DNA of 63,406 bases, the filler included. It is 7 parts of 7 records of this genome, joined end to end, with 100 filler letters (N's around TTAATTAATTAA, not from the genome) between each part and the next. Parts side by side here need not be neighbours in the genome. Positions count along the whole stretch, not along the records: positions 57,462 to 63,406 come from SRR31147125_27635; 6 more parts are not named here. One strand, 5' to 3'. Both the position numbers and the translations under genes were made by a program. This document shows positions 60,772 through 63,406 of the stretch, one piece after another (position 1 is the first letter of the stretch; every line of letters begins with the position of its first letter). The notes under the pieces were generated by a model. It searched no databases. It had not been told where the DNA came from and was given only the letters and a program-made list of their open reading frames with translations.

Positions 60772-63406
60772 ATGACTGCCCCCTGGCGTAACAAGACAAA
60801 ATTGTTTGGATGGATGCTTATCCTGATGGTGTTCGCTGTAGCGTCGCTGTTTTCAATGGACAAAGCAGAAGCCGCCTGGACCCATGGAGGTTCGTATTTC
60901 TTAACAAGAGCGAATCTGCCGGGAAACTTCGGATTTTATAATGCTCAGGTTACTTTGTATCCTGGTCAGTGGACTCAGGCGCAGTTCTACATACATACTC
61001 CAGGTAGAATTGTAGCGCATACCTGTTATAACAGTGGTGGATACAAGCTTTCCACGCAAGTTAGACTTGGTAATGAGCAAGGTTCTTGGTGGGGACAGCA
61101 TTACAACAATTGTCCCAACAGTAGTGGTGGGAATGTTGGGGGAACCGGTGCCTGGATGAGTGTTTGGGCATCATATGCAAATACAAATGCTGCCAACTGC
61201 TATTATAGAACGGTAGATAGTAGCAAGGATTGGTATTGTCCTTACAGGTCGTTTACTACAACTGCGGAATCTGGTGCTCGTTGGCATTTTCAGCGACATT
61301 ATGCCAGAGTGCAAAGTAGAGAGAAAGTAGCTGCTGGTAGTCCCTACTTTCGTATTAGATGGGATGACGATTTCCTGTTTTATGGATACTGGAATAATAA
61401 TTCATATGCCGTTCCATCTAATATGGGTGTTACAACAGAGTGGCCGCCATGGCAGAGGACATCCAAAACTTTCAGTGCTTCGACTCGTGATGTTGGAGGT
61501 TGCTACAAGTCTAGCTGGGATCATGGATATACCTATATCAGGGGTAATTGGGGTAGTTTACCAGGATGGACTTATTGGTCAAATCGTTCAACACATAGTG
61601 TATCTACAACTTACCCTGGCCAAGGTGCAGTCACTTGGTACGTAATGGGATGGGGTTGGGAAGATTTCAATACTTCTGCTAATAGTTCTCATAGCCGTTG
61701 GCGTACAAACCAGCATCACTGGACCTTATATTACGATTACACTAAACCTACACTAACACAAACAGCAGCTCCTACTATAACCAAGAGCCCTTGGGCAACA
61801 TCAAATACAAATATTTCCTGGAAACTGTCCGACGGTCATTCAGGCGGAAGATATTTCAGAATTTACTGGTCAGGCGAATCCAGTGGTTGGGATTGTGCTA
61901 ATAGCACCACTTGTCAGAATAAAACTTTGACTACGAAACAAAATTCGGAAGGAAGCAGACTTCTTTATATTAGCGGGGTCGATTATGCATATAATTGGGG
62001 GTCGACTACAAAAACTTACTATCTTGATACAGTGGCTCCTACCTTCCGAAGAACAGATTCTTATGGGGGTGCGCCCAACAGGTGGAATCAATCATCAGGA
62101 ACAGTATCCTTTCATTCGCAGGATGTAACATCGGGGTTATGGAGATTTGCTTATTGGGACAGGTCGGGTTCCTGGTGTACTAAAGCTGATGGAGTCTCTT
62201 ATACTTCAAGTTTTGGTGGAACTAAAGATGAAAAGTATTTTACTCGTAATCTGCCTAACAATGAACAGCATTTTTTCTGTGTTCGTCCCTATGATATGGC
62301 AAATAAAACCACAACTTCATATCATACTGTATGGTATGGTGTTGATACGCTAAATCCTGTTATTAGCTTTAGCGAAGCATGTGGATCATGTCCATCCGGT
62401 AGCTGGTTCCACACAAACAATAAAATTACTGTAACGGCAAGTGATAATACACATCGTTACCTTAATTGTAGTTGGTCTGGATATCCGGGATATCCAAGTG
62501 ATGGATCAAATACTAACACCAGAAGTACATACTTCTCTTATGCGACTAGCGGTTCAGGAACAAGAACTTTGTATTGTTCTGCCTGGGATTGGGCTGGTCG
62601 TAGAACAAACAGCTCACATGTTTATAAACGTGATATTAATGGACCGGGTACTCCAACCTTGACGTCTTCAGCTCCATATGACTCATGGTATAACGGAAAC
62701 TCGATCGCTTTTAATGTTTCTGCATCGGACACTTCAGGTATTAAAAAATATCAATGGCGAATCGATGGCGGAACGAACGGTTCAGGTGATATCGAACCCG
62801 CACAAACACCAACCAACACAATTGGTTTCCCTCAAGGTCGGCATCAATTTGAATTACGTGCCAGAAATAATGTTCACACTAATGATGACGCATATGCCTG
62901 GAGTGGATGGAGAACCTATTGGGTTAGAGTCGATACGCAAAATCCGTATCCTGTTCCGGAAGCTCCGAATGTTTCTGGCGTTTCTCGTATCAAAAGCACA
63001 AAACCTCAGTGGCGTTTCAAAAAATCACCCGGAGATCGCTCTCCCGGTTCAGGCTTGAGATCATCAAACAGATATCTCTTCCGTTATTGGGGAACAAATC
63101 TATCATCAAGAGATTATTGGGTGCAGGCAAGTTCCTGTGGTACGACATATTGTCTATTCACACCTCCTGTCACTCTCTCTAATGGCCATACATATTACGC
63201 TAAAGTTTATACATATGATGCTGTTAATCGCGGTTCAGGATGGTCTTCTAATGGTTCTGTCACTGTTGATACGGCAGCTCCGGCAACAAGATCGGTTTCT
63301 GTTTCAGGTTTAACCAAAATTGGTGATACGTATTATAGCGGTGGTACAAGTGTAAATGTCGTTTTAACTGCTACAGATGCCTGGAAAAAAACGTTAAATA
63401 TGCATT
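60772..63406 (+). CDS. Secreted Ig-like repeat surface protein, 3'-truncated (at least 878 aa; absent from ORF track)
   Basis: Frame 1 is stop-free from 60706 to the window end; GGAGG RBS before ATG 60772; signal peptide ending AEA; D-x-x-x-P (DTxxP-type) junctions about every 100 aa. Confidence 0.9.
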   Translation, partial: MTAPWRNKTKLFGWMLILMVFAVASLFSMDKAEAAWTHGGSYFLTRANLPGNFGFYNAQVTLYPGQWTQAQFYIHTPGRIVAHTCYNSGGYKLSTQVRLGNEQGSWWGQHYNNCPNSSGGNVGGTGAWMSVWASYANTNAANCYYRTVDSSKDWYCPYRSFTTTAESGARWHFQRHYARVQSREKVAAGSPYFRIRWDDDFLFYGYWNNNSYAVPSNMGVTTEWPPWQRTSKTFSASTRDVGGCYKSSWDHGYTYIRGNWGSLPGWTYWSNRSTHSVSTTYPGQGAVTWYVMGWGWEDFNTSANSSHSRWRTNQHHWTLYYDYTKPTLTQTAAPTITKSPWATSNTNISWKLSDGHSGGRYFRIYWSGESSGWDCANSTTCQNKTLTTKQNSEGSRLLYISGVDYAYNWGSTTKTYYLDTVAPTFRRTDSYGGAPNRWNQSSGTVSFHSQDVTSGLWRFAYWDRSGSWCTKADGVSYTSSFGGTKDEKYFTRNLPNNEQHFFCVRPYDMANKTTTSYHTVWYGVDTLNPVISFSEACGSCPSGSWFHTNNKITVTASDNTHRYLNCSWSGYPGYPSDGSNTNTRSTYFSYATSGSGTRTLYCSAWDWAGRRTNSSHVYKRDINGPGTPTLTSSAPYDSWYNGNSIAFNVSASDTSGIKKYQWRIDGGTNGSGDIEPAQTPTNTIGFPQGRHQFELRARNNVHTNDDAYAWSGWRTYWVRVDTQNPYPVPEAPNVSGVSRIKSTKPQWRFKKSPGDRSPGSGLRSSNRYLFRYWGTNLSSRDYWVQASSCGTTYCLFTPPVTLSNGHTYYAKVYTYDAVNRGSGWSSNGSVTVDTAAPATRSVSVSGLTKIGDTYYSGGTSVNVVLTATDAWKKTLNMH

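Noticed and set aside
60901-63058. Short ORFs listed in the track for this region
   Set aside because: They overlap the uninterrupted frame-1 ORF that explains the region.

Overview
This window is not one locus. It is seven unrelated contigs joined by 100-nt N/TTAATTAATTAA linkers, so gene context must not be read across the joins. (1) 1-7048, GC-rich, deltaproteobacterial-like: M24 peptidase-family gene, D-2-hydroxyacid dehydrogenase, a collapsed TRAP pseudogene, a secreted caspase (C14)-DctP fusion, and a sodium:solute symporter behind a cobalamin riboswitch. (2) 7149-18360: esterase, thiolase, porin plus lipoprotein, ppk1, phoR-phoB, phoU-pstC, with 11-bp-period Pho-box-like repeats. (3) 18461-24711, low GC, Firmicutes-like: decayed lacI and uxaB remnants with retained operators, then a CUT1 sugar ABC operon. 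(4) 24812-30639, spirochaete-like: a circularly permuted family-5 solute-binding protein, MFS, GntR and a non-pyrrolysine MttB. (5) 30740-48399, Desulfuromonadales-like: hemD-hemB, M16 peptidase, a large GAF sigma54 activator, an HDOD kinase lacking its phospho-His, REC-PAS-GGDEF-EAL, and TRAP-glcDF. (6) 48500-57361: a surface-glycan modification locus with three radical SAM enzymes and a sulfotransferase, riddled with homopolymer frameshifts. (7) 57462-63406: a large Cys/Asp-rich repeat protein followed by an ORF of at least 878 aa (secreted, Ig-like repeats) that is missing from the ORF track. Taxonomic and family assignments come from motif recognition only; no searches were run. No rRNA, tRNA, CRISPR array or IS element was recognised.
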